Notes under the pieces: model-generated
Told to the model about the DNA's origin: nothing
Databases searched by the model: none
Seen by the model: only the letters and a program-made list of their open reading frames with translations
Position numbers and translations under genes: made by a program
Assembly (NCBI GenBank): GCA_977017645.1
Contig: OZ360245.1
Location: forward strand, 26,226,001 to 26,290,000
Length of the DNA stretch: 64,000 nt
From: Torpedo marmorata
Lineage: Eukaryota
Direction of reading: 5' to 3'
Shown: positions 1 through 12,700 of the stretch, piece by piece
Position numbering within the stretch: position 1 is the stretch's first letter
Layout of the letters: each line of letters opens with the position of its first letter

Positions 1-460
1 TGAAGGCCAATATGCCAAAAGCTCTCTTTACAACCCTATCTACCTGTGACACCACTTCCAGGGAATTATGTATCTGTATTCCCAGATCGCTCTGTTCAAC
101 CGCACTCCTCAGTGCCCTACCATTTACCCTATATGACCTTTCTTCATCTGTTCTTCCAAAATGCAACACCTCACACTTGTCTGCATTAAATTCCATCTGC
201 CATTTTCAGCCCATTTTTCCAGCTGGTACTGATCCCTCTGCAAGCTTTGAAAGCCTTCCTCGCTGTCCACAACACCTCCAACCTTTGTGTCATCTGCAAA
301 CTTGCTGATCCAATTTACCACATTATCATCCAGATCATTGATATAGATGACAAACAACAATGGACCCAGCACCGATCCCTGAGGCAAACCACTAGTCACA
401 TGTCTCCAGTCTGAGCAGCAATCATCCACTACCACTCTCTGGCTTCTCCTGTATAGCCGA
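1..460 (-). mobile_element. CR1-clade LINE fragment (RT domain)
   Basis: ORF 124..435(-) has the non-LTR RT motifs GLPQGSVLGPLLFVIYINDL and KFADDTKVGG, typical of CR1; frameshifted. Confidence 0.9.
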
Positions 461-1545
461 AGTGTTGGCTGTTTTACATTCCATGTGACATTATAACAGC
501 AAATTTTAATTCAAAGAGATTTTTCCAGTGCAATCTTCAAGCTTTACTATAACGTTAGGCTGACCTGTGAGTTTGGAGTATTTACTGACGTAACTGGCAG
601 GAAATAGGTCGGCCATCAATGGGGTTTTTCACCCGCAAAGATCTCATGTCTGCTTTCTGTTCTGTAATAGACAACTTTTGCTTTAAGATGTGACTGGGCC
701 AAGAAACTACCACCCACAAAACTCTGTCAATCACTCCAATGCCCACAGCTGTTGCACCTTCACTTGATTTGGCAGCACTGCAAAGTGACTTTTAATTAAC
801 TGTTAATTTTTGTAAGAGACACCAGCCTTTCCTGAGCCCTATTGTACTTTACATTGTGTATTTCGGCATTGTGTATAGTGTGGTTGAGTTGTTTATTATT
901 GGCAACATGTTCTGAATCACTACGTTGATGTACTTGAGGTTAAATAAAGGGTGCATCTCAATAAAATGACTTTTGCCAAGACTTTTCCTTGCTATTTTGA
1001 AGGTGCTCATTTGCATATGTTTGCCTGCCAGTTGGCAATACTTGTGAACAGACCGCAGACTCACCTGTGGCTTCCAACATAGCTCCTTGTATTAGCACAT
1101 GGTCTGTCAAAGGCCAGCATAGCCTACAATTCCTTGACCTCGATGCTTAGATACTGTATGCAAGGAGACATCATTTGTGTTTGTATGTATTTCAAGCCAT
1201 ATGTTGTGCTTCAGAACAGAAGGGTCCCAAACAGTCAAGATCAATGGGGAATTACATTTGAATGAAAGACTTATGAGTGAAACCTTCTCCGCTGTTTTTC
1301 CAAGCGAGAGGGGAACCAAGGTGGAAAATCATTTTTAATCACCCCACCTTTTGATCCCCTTTCTTCTAAAGGTACAGAATCTTGCTGAGAGATTTTTACA
1401 GAGGTTTTAATGGATTGGAATAATGATAGACAATTTTGTCTGATTTTATTGGGCAGAGACACTTAGGCCAATTGTAACACCCATGACACAAGCAGGCTAT
1501 TCAGGGAACTAATAATCAAACCTGGCACTTTAAGGTTTTAAAAAT

Positions 1546-1762
1546 AAATTAGACATACAGCACAGTAACAGGCCCTTCTGGCCCATGAGCCCATGGTACC
1601 CAATTACACCCAATTAACCTACAACCCTGTGTGTTTTGAAGGGTGGGAGGAAACCAGAACACCCGGAGAAAACCCACGGGGAGAACGTACAAACTCCTTA
1701 CAGACAGTGCCGGATTCAAACCTGTGTCTCTGGCGCTGTAAGAGGATTGTGCTAACTGCTGT
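1546..1762 (-). mobile_element. tRNA-derived V-SINE (HE1-like) copy
   Basis: One of 14 dispersed ~240-bp copies: tRNA-like head, central GGTTTCCTCCCAC V-domain motif, CR1-like tail GGGCCTGTTACTGTGCTGTATGTCTAA. Confidence 0.85.
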
Positions 1763-2035
1763 TTACAGCCTACTACAGTATTTCTAACCCTCTGGGTTCC
1801 TGATCTATAATAATAAACAGAGTATGTTCAGTTTTGTGGAGAAAACATAAAGAAAGCTAAAAGGTCTGTTTGGTTTATTTTAAATTCTTCCCAGACTGTG
1901 CACATGCACACAACAATACACCCATAATCAAGTGTGTTGTGCAATAATGCCACTTATTTACATACTTCAATGTTTTCCCCATTTTATAGAAAAGGAGTAA
2001 AAATAGCTTTGCCAAATTTACAAATGTACACATTT

Positions 2036-2760
2036 AAAGTTCAAAGTTCAGATTTATTGTCAGAGTACATACATGACATCACATACATCCCTCAGATTCT
2101 TTTTCCTGCGGGCGAGGCAGAATTACCTCTTATTGGTAGTGAAAAAAAACTGTACTCAAGAAGATACGCACACATGTAAACAAATAAAGAAATGTAAACT
2201 AACTGAGTGTGCAATACAGAGAGAGAAAAAAATCAATAAGTGCAAAAGTAAGAGTCTTTAAATGAGTCTGAGTTTGTTGTTGAGGAGTCTGATGGTGGAG
2301 GGGTAACAGCTGTTCCTGAACCTGGTGGAGTGACTCTTGTGGCACCTTGATGCGGCATCAATTACTTCAAAAGACTAGAAGTTATATAGAAACTGATAGG
2401 CTTTTATTAACATCAGAATGGTGGCACGTCCATGCTGGTCGTCTGTCCTGGACTGAGGAGGGAGCTGTGGCACAGTCACCTTTATTCAGGGGTCTGTGGG
2501 AGGAGCCACAGGCACAGTCGGCAAGGGGCATGTCCAGACAAACTATAACAAGTACTAACACAGCCACAACATATACACAGTGGTTTACCACACACCTATA
2601 CCTCTTTCCTGATGGTAGCAGCGAGAACAGAGCATGTGCTGGATGATGTGGATCCTTGATGATTGCTGCTGCTCTGTGACAGCAGCGTTCCCTGTAGATG
2701 TTCTCGATGGTGGGGCGAGTTTTACCTGTGATATCCTGGGCTGCGTCCACTACCTTTTGC
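2036..2760 (-). mobile_element. Rex1/Babar LINE 3' fragment interrupted by a solo LTR
   Basis: ORF 2382..2750(-) contains IIKDPHHPAHALFSLLPSGKRYR (Rex1 C-terminus); 3' UTR ends in AATAAA + (TGAACT)n-like tail; homologous to 29912-30748. Confidence 0.85.
2348..2592 (-). mobile_element. Solo LTR (245 bp) with 5-bp TSD CACCT
   Basis: TG...CA ends; CACCT at 2343-2347 and 2593-2597; removal restores the Rex1 sequence seen uninterrupted near 35150; homologous to 60295-60528; AATAAA on minus strand. Confidence 0.9.
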
Positions 2761-3729
2761 TGATTAACTGGCTTTTGAAATCTCTTTCATCTTTGTAACT
2801 GTATTGGTGTTGCTCATGTCAATACTGGTAACACAACTGATGTAGTTGATGTCGAAGTCGCTTTGAACTTGGATCCATTGAAGGTGTCACTCCCTGACTC
2901 TCTCCAGTCATGTTCTGAAAGATTCACTTCAGGAGTAAATTGATAATCATCCTCACCACTTTCTTGAGTGTCTTGCATCAAGATCAAATGGTGAACCTTT
3001 CTGAATCTTCGACTTGGTCTTGCAAGATAACTCTTTGATCAGTACATCACTCTAATCTCTCTGATACCCATTTTCTCATCGTGAGTTGCCTGGTGGTGTC
3101 AGCGTACCAACCTTATCATCCCAATCCCTCTTTCATTGTATGGATTGTGAGGCTAGCTGTGTTTCAATTGCTTTTCCTCCAAGTTTTCTTTCAAGGTTCA
3201 GCTGAATGAGACTCAGTCACGTCCTGAGTCTCCTGAGCTTCTGCATGTCTGCAATGGTAAATCCTGTCATGGATTGTGGTGTCACCTGAAACCCAGAAGA
3301 AAATCATTGGATCAATGTTTTACAGTAAGTCCTGGTCTGCATTATATGACTTGCTCCTTCGGTCTCCTTTTCGTCTTATGTTCTCATCTCTCAGCTTCCC
3401 TGCATGAAGCTGGAAGTTAAGGAACTGCGATGTAATCCCATTTCCCTTCACAAACTGCTTACATTGAAATGACCAACATTGCAGACAGGAATCCTCAGGA
3501 ACAGCAGTCTAAGCTTGCAGGTAACTGGCTTGGTGTTTGGCTGAATGTGTACGTGGGTTTTCTGTCCCTTAATGGTGGTGTGGGATCTTTGAACATATTT
3601 GCATATTTCTCAAGAAACGTTACCATCTTAGTTGAGAAGTGCTCATATAAAATATACTCTTTCAATCCAATTTTAACTCTTTGAGCCAGGGGTTTTCAGT
3701 GCCTAGTTCGGATATGTAAAAAAACCTTC

Positions 3730-3965
3730 AGACATAGAGGACAGTAACAGGCCCTTCAGGCCCATGAGCCCACGCCACCCACATTCACCAATTAATCGAC
3801 AAACCCCGTACGTGTTTGAAGGGTGGGAGGAAACTGGAGCACCCGGAGGAAACTCACGCAGACACGGGGAGAACATACAAACTCCTTACAGTCAGCAGCA
3901 GATTGGAATCCCAGTCGCTGGCGCTGCAACAGCGTTGCGCTAACCGCTACGCTAACCGTGCCGCC
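3730..3965 (-). mobile_element. V-SINE copy
   Basis: Same family as 1546-1762. Confidence 0.85.
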
Positions 3966-4229
3966 ATTATATTTTCAACTTTAGTCTACTCTTTGTCAAT
4001 GGTGATTTGCTGGACTTCTTTATAGACATTTCTCTGCCCATAAACAGCAATCAGCAACTTCACATTGATCCGCTGATGATTAATGTACACTTTCAATTTA
4101 AAATTGCTGCATTTCTCATTATTGTTGCTGGCAGCATGCATCTTATTGAAGATCTGCTCTTCATGCATCTCATCAGCTTCAATACTGTATACGGCCATCC
4201 CTTATTGTTCTCTCTTTATAGGTTTTGAC

Positions 4230-5212
4230 CCTATAGTCAGTTGTTTACCTTTGTTTATTTGTTTACATGTGTACATTGAGTACAGTTTTTTTTTGCACTA
4301 CCAATAAGTTGTAATTCAGCCTGGCCCGCAGGAAATAAAATTTCAGGGCAGGGCCGGATTAAGCTAGTGCGGGGCCTGTAGCATATGTTATAAAGGGGCC
4401 CTAAATTGTGCCGGCTGGCGCATGCGCGGTCCTAAATTGTGCCGGCTGGCGCATGCGCGGTGAGGGGGAAGTGTGATGGTAGCGCACAAAGTGCCGGCTA
4501 GCGCATGCGCGGTGAGGGGGAAGTGTGACTGCGGCGCCCCCTCCCCCCCCCCCCCCGGGAGAGAGTTTCTGACGCTGATCCTGCATGTCCTCCGTTTTGG
4601 TAAATTTGAAATAGTCTTAATTATTCTTAACAAAATGATGCTAGCTTTCTCAGATCACTATATATTCAGTGATTACATCCTTGATGAAAGGTTATAATAA
4701 TTTTCGCTACCACCCCTTTAAACTTTAATATTTCCCACCAATCCCCCCCCCAAACCCACACAGCCATTATACAACACTGATAGTATTACTTACATGTAGG
4801 TATCAATTTCAAATGTCACAAGTAACTAAACTACAATTTAAAACTTACATTTTCTAGATTTAGCCTGAGCAAATTTGCTGATGATACTGGAAATGTGCAG
4901 CGGCTATGAGATACCACACTCCCATAGTCTGTGTTAATAACCCCGATTAAAGGTGATAATTGGCTAAAATCGCTAAACTTAAACAGCACAAAGATGAAAA
5001 CGAAAATGTTTAAGTTAAACACCCAGTCAGTCGTTCATAACTCATAGTACATAAAGTAACAGAGCAAGTCAGCAAGCATTTAGCGCGGGGCCCTTGAAAA
5101 TGCGGGGCTCGTAGCATATGCTACTTTTACTACTACGTTAATCCGGCCCTGCCTTAGGGTTGTATGTGATGTCATGTATGTACGCTGACAATAAATCTGA
5201 AATCTGAAATTT
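4230..5212 (+). mobile_element. Rex1-type LINE 3' UTR split by a hAT MITE
   Basis: Matches the 3' UTR at 30570-30740; ends AATAAATCTGAAATCTGAAA. Confidence 0.75.
4349..5151. mobile_element. Non-autonomous hAT DNA transposon (803 bp)
   Basis: Perfect 14-bp TIR CAGGGCCGGATTAA/TTAATCCGGCCCTG; degenerate 8-bp TSD TTTCAGGG/CCTTAGGG (uninterrupted host copy reads TCTCAGGG); internal tandem repeats. Confidence 0.85.
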
Positions 5213-5944
5213 TCTGATATTATCCTGGCTTGCATTCTTGGATTGAATTTTATATCCTGAGGCAATATACCCTTTATTTTGTCAGTTGAAGCATTTAACT
5301 ACTGTTACGAAGGGCAATCTACATGAGAAGCAGCTTTACCCACCAATCTCACTTTCCATGCCAAACTCACTCATGTGCCTTTGTTACTCTCGTTTGCTCA
5401 TGTACGCAATAACGATGACATTATGTACAGGTCGAAATTCTTTAGCATGCAATGGAAGCTCTCTCCATTGATAGCAATTCCATATGTACACTCAAGCATT
5501 AAACTTTATAAATTTAATCATTTGGACTGAACTTGCTTAGCTGTTAAACCGTCCACGAACTTGTCTCACTGAGCTCAATTCAGGAAAGTGCCAAAACTGT
5601 CGTTTTGAGACACATTCTTCCCCACAGCTATATAGTCAGCAATGATCTCCCCTGACATTCAGTTTCTGGTTCCAATTTTGTAGCTATGGTCTCCAAAGGT
5701 GCTGGATTAAAGTGGTTCTGTATCCTCTTTATCACCTCAGTGAATGAAACATTTTCATCTTGTGTGGTGCAAGAGAAGTGCTAAAGTGGCACTTGTATCT
5801 GAGGCTACCTCTGTTGTAAGATATTTTCTGAGGCTTTCATGTGGTTTCATTTTGAGCAAGCTCACTTTTGCTCTCGCCCTTAATTTCAATAATACTATTT
5901 GCCCTAAAGAACATCCCTGTTTGTTAAACAGATTAAAGTTTTTT

Positions 5945-6188
5945 TAATTTAGAGAAAGCATAGTAACAGGCCCTTCCGGCCTATGAGCCCACACCGCTCA
6001 AATACACCTCTGAGACCAATTAACCTACTAACCCATACATCTTTGGAACATGGGAGGAAACCGGAGCACCCAGAGAAAACCGAAGTGGTCATGGGGAAGA
6101 AAGTACGAACTCCTTACTGACAGCGGTGGATTCGAACCCTGCTCACTGGTGCTATAATAGTGTTGTGCTAACCACAACACTAACCATG
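5945..6188 (-). mobile_element. V-SINE copy
   Basis: Same family, more diverged. Confidence 0.8.
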
Positions 6189-6404
6189 CATGAAATGAGG
6201 GTTCATGTTCTTCATCGTGAAGTCTAAGCTTCCTGATGTAAACAGATTGGTCTGAGCTGCCATCTTATATTGTTCCCACTTTAACAGTTACTTGATGACT
6301 ATGAACTCCTTTTTAATTCACCAGTCCCCTACTGGCCTCTGTCTCACTACTCCCACCCTCTCCTCCCCATTCAGGGTATCTCCAACCTCCACGATCAGTC
6401 TTGA

Positions 6405-6650
6405 ATTTTTAAATTTAGAGTTACAGCACGGTAACAGGCCCTTCCAGCCCACGAGCCCGTGCCACCCAAATACTCCAATTAACCTAAAAACCCCGTATGT
6501 TTTTGGAGGGTGGGAGGAAACCGGAGCACCCAGAGGAAACCCACGAGGTCACAGTGAGAAAGTACAAACTCCTTACAGACAGTGCCAGATTCAAACCTGG
6601 GTCGCTGGCGCAGTAATAGCGTTGCGCTAACCACTATGCTAAGTGTGCCA
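6405..6650 (-). mobile_element. V-SINE copy with candidate TSD TCTTGA, inserted in a Penelope pseudo-LTR
   Basis: TCTTGA at 6399-6404 and 6651-6656; downstream 6651-6770 is a Penelope-type terminus. Confidence 0.85.
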
Positions 6651-6985
6651 TCTTGATGAAGGGTCTCGTCCTAAAACGTTGACAACTGCTGTTCCCCTCA
6701 GGGGTGCTGCTTAACCCAATGAGTTTGTTTTTTGCTTCAAGATTCCAGCATCTGCAGAACCTTGTGTCATCCTTTTATTTTCCCAGTGGTTGAGTTTGAA
6801 TTTGAGTCCTCTTGCTTTCAATCTGTACAGTGAAGTTACTATGACAAACTTCGAGATTTTATTCTCTTTCTCCCACCAGTAATAGCTTTAGTTCTTCTCC
6901 ACCCTCAATCCCAATACCATGAGAATGTCCCAATGGGTTCTTAGTCTACAACAACACATGAAAGTTGCAGGGAATTACATGGGGT

Positions 6986-7420
6986 GAAACATGAAAGTCT
7001 GCAGACGCTGTGATTGTAGTGAAAACACACAAAAATGCTGGAGGAACTCAGCTGGTCTCGCAGCGTCCATAGGGGGTAAAGATATATTACCGACATTTCA
7101 GGTCTGCGCCCTTCTTCAAGGTATAAGCAAATAACAGGAGGGCGTCAGAATAAAGACTGAAGAATGGCAAGGGGGACGACGACACGTGGCTGTGGAAGCG
7201 AGTCTGGGTGAGAACATGGTCGTAGGGCTTGAGAGTAGCAGGGAGTGCAGATGGGGAGCAGTGAGAGAGACTCTCACAGAACTCCCTTCGAAGAGAGGAG
7301 GAGAACTTCTTCAGGGTAGGCATCCCTTGAAGAGATTTCACAGTGGATCAACAGAATGGAGTGAAACAGGAAAGTGCAGACGCTGTGATTGTAGTAAAAA
7401 CACACAGAAATGCTGGAGGA
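6986..7420 (-). mobile_element. Internally deleted Penelope-like element (pLTR - ORF start - pLTR)
   Basis: Direct repeat TGCAGACGCTGTGATTGTAGT..AAACACACA.AAATGCTGGAGGAAC at ~7000-7047 and ~7375-7422 flanks a short ORF start MPTLKKFSSSLRREFCESLSHCSP. Confidence 0.7.
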
Positions 7421-8275
7421 ACAGAGGAATTTTAAAAGATATGCACATGATCAAACATATCATTGCAGTGATGTTACACTTATTTATTTACTTTACACTT
7501 GGCTACAAGCTAGACCTACTCTAGGACAGAGACTTTGAGGGAACTCTATGGAAATATGATTTACTGAACTGATCAGAGTATATACGTATCTTCCACAAGA
7601 GATATTTGATTGATCGCATGTTAACAATTGAGAAGATTCACTATTTTTTTATGGACCAGTATCTTAGACCATGAGAATTAGAAGCAGGAACATTGGCCAT
7701 AAATTAAAATTATAAACGATCTAATCTCTGAATTCCTCTGCTCTCTGTTCCCCATCATCCCTGATCTCAGTGATTCACCACCCACTCTATCTGGCGCAGT
7801 GAATTCCAAAGCTTCGCGGACTGAGAGAAAAATGTCCTCCTCAGGATGAGTCTTCAGATGCAATTTCAATATCCAGTTTAAGAATGATCCTGCTCGAAAA
7901 ACATCCTCACAGAGCCTATCCTTTCAAAATGTCTCAGAATCTTCTGCTTATAATTATCTTTTGAACTGTATCAGGTACCACCAATGGCTGAATGCACAGT
8001 TAACTAAAATAAACATGAAACAACAAAGGATATTTCTGATCAGAAAATGTTTGATTTATCCTTATCAACTTCTGTCTAATATAACACTCTCTTTGACTTC
8101 CTGCAGTTTTTGGGGTTCGACCAAAGTGGGCTTTCTTCATGTTATAACCTTGACCGTGAATACTACTCGGTGATTAATCTGCTGATCATCAAACCTGACT
8201 CTAATGTTGTCAAGAAAGGATCATCCAACATCGAGTCACATTGGGAACTATTAAGAATTTCCCCTCTGTTTAATC

Positions 8276-8500
8276 CAGTGGTTCTCAACCTTTTTCGGTC
8301 TAAGGCCCACCTGGCTTCCAGCCTAATATGCCATGGCCCACTAGTGGCAATGACTGAGCAATATTTTCAATTTAAAGCCAGCACTGTAAGAAACACATCT
8401 TTATCTAATTTAAAGTATTATATTTCACATTTTTAAAGACCCATATGGAAATACACTGCGGACCACCAGTGGGCCATGGCCTACTGGTTGAGAACCGCCG
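8276..8500. mobile_element. hAT (Charlie-like) MITE, 225 bp
   Basis: TIR CAGTGGTTCTCAACC/GGTTGAGAACCGCCG; 8-bp TSD GTTTAATC/GTTTAGTC. Confidence 0.85.
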
Positions 8501-8774
8501 GTTTAGTCTGAGATGCCGAGCTCAAATTCCTCTTTGAGTGCAGATATTGGATTCATTGATCTTTCCACTGGCAGGATAATGGCATTGATTTAATCGATCA
8601 ATAATGAGAACAGGATTGGGAGCCAGTGAGATGGATGCTCCTTCTGTGGCTCCCAAAGATAAAAATGGATCTCTCAAGGCAGTCCATCACTCTAGAGCTT
8701 GGAACATTGTTCATATGATGAACTTGCTATGCACCGGATAAATTAAAGCATCAGTTTTAAGTGCCATCTTTTGG

Positions 8775-9440
8775 AAGATTCAAGATTCTTCTATTGTCAT
8801 GTAACAAAACATAAAATGTAATATAACACAAAATTTCCTTTAGTCTACCGTAAGGCAGACAAAGATTCACCATCAGCAGAAATTGCCCGGCGCCCCTTAC
8901 AGCCAGAGAAAGAGAAGCAAAAGAGAGTCCCCCAGTCACTGAGTGTCCATGGATTTGCCTCCAGTGCTCCCGCAGCCTCCGCAGCCGCACAGCCTTCTGT
9001 CCAAACCATTGGCAACCCGAGCTCCAGATCCAAGCCTCTGACACAATCAGGAAGCCCTCAGCTGCCTCGGCACCCTCTCGCAAACCGGTTCCGATACCTG
9101 GTACCCCTTCAGGCAGTCTCGAGCCATTCTCCAGCAGTCCACAGCCTGGTGCGAGTCCCTTGACCGCAGTCGCCAGCAGCCCGCAGCCTGCGCGGGTTCC
9201 TCGCCTCGAGTCGCCAACAGCCGGTCGCCTGTGTGTTCTGCAGCTGCTGAGCCCCTCGCTGGTCTGGCACTGTGGTCACCGCTCCGTGGGTTGTCTCCTC
9301 TGCTTCTCCTTCTCAAACGGGGGTTGGCCTCCCTGTTTTCTGGTGCCCTGCACCAGTCCTCTGCAATCCCTCGAGGCTGCTGCCGAACACAGGTGCCGCC
9401 ATCTTGGGCCCAGACCCCGCAGTCACACGATTTTAAAATA
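8775..9440 (-). mobile_element. Non-coding GC-rich non-LTR retroelement with Rex1-like tail
   Basis: Minus strand has AAGATGGCGG near its 5' end, a GC-rich body, and ends TGACAATA...(GAATCTT)2; its 3' ~130 nt is homologous to the tail of the 5S SINE at 20806-20940. Confidence 0.6.
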
Positions 9441-10649
9441 AACCACCGTTGGATCAGTGCTGAAGAGCTGTTAAACCAAAGTCAAGTTTGTCCTCTCAGG
9501 AGAATGAGTCACGAGCAAAACATAAGCTCTCCCTGGTGACCTGGGAGGTATGTGTTCCTTAACCTATTCCATCTACTGGAGCAGATCACACACTAATAAT
9601 TAATTGACTGCACGCAAATCTTGCTCTGTGCAAAGAGACTGCCGTGTTTCTGACATTGGAGAAGTGACGACATTAAAAGGTCTTGTTGGCTGTAAAATGC
9701 GGCTGTGACTGGGTGAGAATGAAAAGTGATGTATTTATGTAAATTTAACCTTTCAGAAGTTTGGAAACATTTCTAACACCAAGGTAGTTGAAGTTTGAAA
9801 TATTTGTGAAAATGGCAATTGATGGTTGATTTTAAATTTCAAATTGCTCGATATTGTACTGAAAGCTATTAAGGAGCATGGCATTACAGCTATATAGGGT
9901 TTGATCAAAGATATGCCATGATCGCGTGGCAGAACAAACACGAGGAGCTAAATAGGCAGCTCCTGCATTTAAAGTTCAAATCGTTCTTTCTTGAGTTATC
10001 CCCAGGCAACTCCTCCCAGGGAATCTTAGTTGGGCCTAATTTGCTGTAAGCATGAGCTTTTATGTATCTGCATTACTAGAATTATAATTAGAATCACTTC
10101 ACTGAATTTGATGTGAAGATAATGGTGGAGGCCAAAATAAAACTGGATTATGTCTTTCCTATAAATCACCATAGATTCAGATACACATTGATGCATAGAT
10201 AGATGTACAGATATTGAGCGGCTGGGTATGTATTTAACAGCCGAGTGTTTGAAAGTGAATACATGCAATCTTTTGCAAGACAAAAATACAAATGTGACAG
10301 TGGGCAGATTTGTTTGGAACCAGGCCGTTGTTTGTGCAGGAGCCCCAGAGGCTTTCCCAGAGTGCATCTTCAGCTATTCACAATCTAATGTGATAATTTG
10401 TTTTAGAGCAAGTCTGAAGGAAATTTATTGCAGTGTGTGATGGCTACAGGCAAATACTAATAAAATGCTTTTTGCTGCAATTTGTTTAATTGGCCACAGA
10501 AGAAAAGCTCACATGTTAACTTCAGTTCTTTGCCCAGACCACAGCTGTTCACAACAGGCAGCTCTCAATTCTCACAATCCAGAAGCATAAACTTTACACC
10601 ATTAATTTAACGATCAAAATACAAATTTTTGGTTTGCAGTTCGCAATTT

Positions 10650-11540
10650 CTGCCACCTACTATGTGATCCCACCAGCAGACACATCTTCCCCTCCCCGCC
10701 CTGCTTTCCACAGGGACTGCTCCCCCCGGGACTCCCTCGTCCACTCATCTCTTCCCACTGATCACCCCCTCTGTACCTACCCCTGTGACCATAAGAAACG
10801 CTGCACTTGCGTCCACACCTCCTCCCTCACCACCATTTGGGGCCCCAAACAGCCCTTCCAAGTGAAGCAACACTTCGTAGCGTTGAATCTGCAGGGGTCA
10901 TCGACTGCATACTGTGCTCCCGTTGTGGGCCCCTCTAAATTGGAGAAACTGGACGCAGACTGGGAGATTGCTTCGTTGAACCCCTTCGCTCTGTCCGCTG
11001 CAATAATAGGGACCTCTCAGCGGCCAACCATTTTAATTCCACACATCCATTCCCACACCATGTCTGTCCATGGCCTCATGCACTGCCAAACTGAGGCTAC
11101 CCGCAAATTGGTGGAACAACACCTAATATCCCGTATGGGCACTCTCCAACCAGATGGCATGAACATCAACTTCTCCAGTTTCCATTAAACTGCTCCCTGA
11201 TTCTCTCTCTTTTGCTAACCCCCTGTCTCTGTTCCTCCAGCTCCCCACATCCTTCCCTTCCCTCTCCATTCAGAGCTAACCCCCCTCCCCCTATCACCTC
11301 AGCTTTTTTTATTTTCTACTCTCCCACCTATATCTACCTATGACTTCTTACCTATTAGCCTGTCCTACCCCTGCCCCTTCCCCCCTTCCTCTCTTCTCCT
11401 CCCCCACTTTTTTTAATCAGGCGCCTGCCTGCGTCTTGCTCATACCTTGACGAAGGGCTCAGGCTGGAAATGTTGGTTACCTTTTACTTCCTATAGATGT
11501 GTAAACTGCTGAGTTTCTCCAGAACTTTTGTATATTGCAC
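10650..11540 (+). mobile_element. Penelope-like element 3' portion (GIY-YIG endonuclease remnant + pLTR)
   Basis: ORF 10634..11188 has GPKQPFQVKQHF and RKLVEQHLISRMGTLQPDGMNINF; a shifted frame gives a decayed GVIxCI.CS.CG..IGETGRRLGD.F.E motif; then a pyrimidine tract and the hammerhead-like terminus. Confidence 0.85.
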
Positions 11541-11719
11541 ACATTTTTGGTTAACAGTTTGAAGATTGTAGAGAAGATTATAGAACCAGATAGAAATAGA
11601 AACAGGACCTGCTCCTTTTAAAGATATGATTCATCATGGGGACATGAAGAAATGAAGAAGAACAAGAATAAACTTTATTTTAATGATGAAATTAAAATGA
11701 GATTATCAAACAAAATTTG

Positions 11720-12700
11720 ATATCGAGCTGTGTAGGGAAAAAGCTTGGAGAACTGGCAGGCATGAGGGAGGAAACTGAAGTGAAAAATGGAGAGGTTTAG
11801 GCAGGGAATTCCAGAACCTAAGGCACAGACAACTGAAGACATATCTGTTCACATGGAGCGATTAATTCAGGAATTGTCACAAGGTCATAATCAGGGAGGC
11901 ACAGATACCTTGGAAGGTTTAAAGTGTGGGGAAGATTACAGATATTTTTTAATTTAGACACACAGCACAGTAACAGGCCCTTTCGGCCCACGAGCCCGTG
12001 CCACCCAATTATACCCAATTAACCTATAACCCTGGTATGTTTTGGAGGGTGGGAGGAAACTGGGGCACCCGGAGGAAACCCACACAGACACGGGGAGAAC
12101 GTACAAACTCCTTACAGACAGCGCTGGATTCGAACCCAGGTCGCTGGTGCTGTAACAGTGTTGAGCTAACCGCCTCGCTAACCGTGCCACCCTAACAGGG
12201 ATAGAGAGGGGTGAAGTCAGGGAGAGATGTGAAAACAAAGGTAACAAATTTAAAATTGAAGGTTGGGACCAGACCTTGTGATGGAGACTGAAGAAAATGG
12301 ATTTAGTGCTTCCAATGTTTAATTGGAGGAAGTTTCTAATCATCTAATTCCAGATGTTGGGCAAGGGAGATAAGTTATAGAGGAGAGAACAAGGCAGGTA
12401 GTGGTGAGGTGGACATGAATGACATTGCAGTGATTACACATGCTGAAGTTAAAGAGGTGGCTGAATGAGTAGATAAGGAATGGGAGGGGGCAGGTGTGTT
12501 TTTTGTTGTCAGGGCGTGGGGGAAAGGTCAGCAGAGCTAACAACCTTGGTTGATGATTCTTTCCCTATGATTGAAGCAGTCAGCAGAGGTAACAGTGTGA
12601 AGCAGTCTTCGTTGGTGATTGAAAGGAAAGATATGGAACATTATGATTGAAGACCCTTATAACTGGACAATGGAAGTGACTGGAGGAAGTCAACATGATC
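11720..12700 (-). mobile_element. Old L2-like LINE remnant (split by a V-SINE)
   Basis: Purine-rich decayed sequence resembling antisense L2 ORF2 (GGAGAGGTTTAGGCAGGGAATTCCAGA); recognised by eye only. Confidence 0.5.
11950..12192 (-). mobile_element. V-SINE copy (near consensus)
   Basis: Intact B-box GGTTCGAATCC on minus strand; V-domain and tail present. Confidence 0.9.

Noticed and set aside
1065-1153. Minus-strand exon candidate with CAG|GTGAGT donor and TACAG acceptor
   Set aside because: Stops in all three frames and no linked exons; cannot be supported without transcripts.
3816-4025. Recurrent short ORFs with GRTYKLLT / VRSLYVLPVS motifs
   Set aside because: Chance translations of V-SINE copies, not a gene family.
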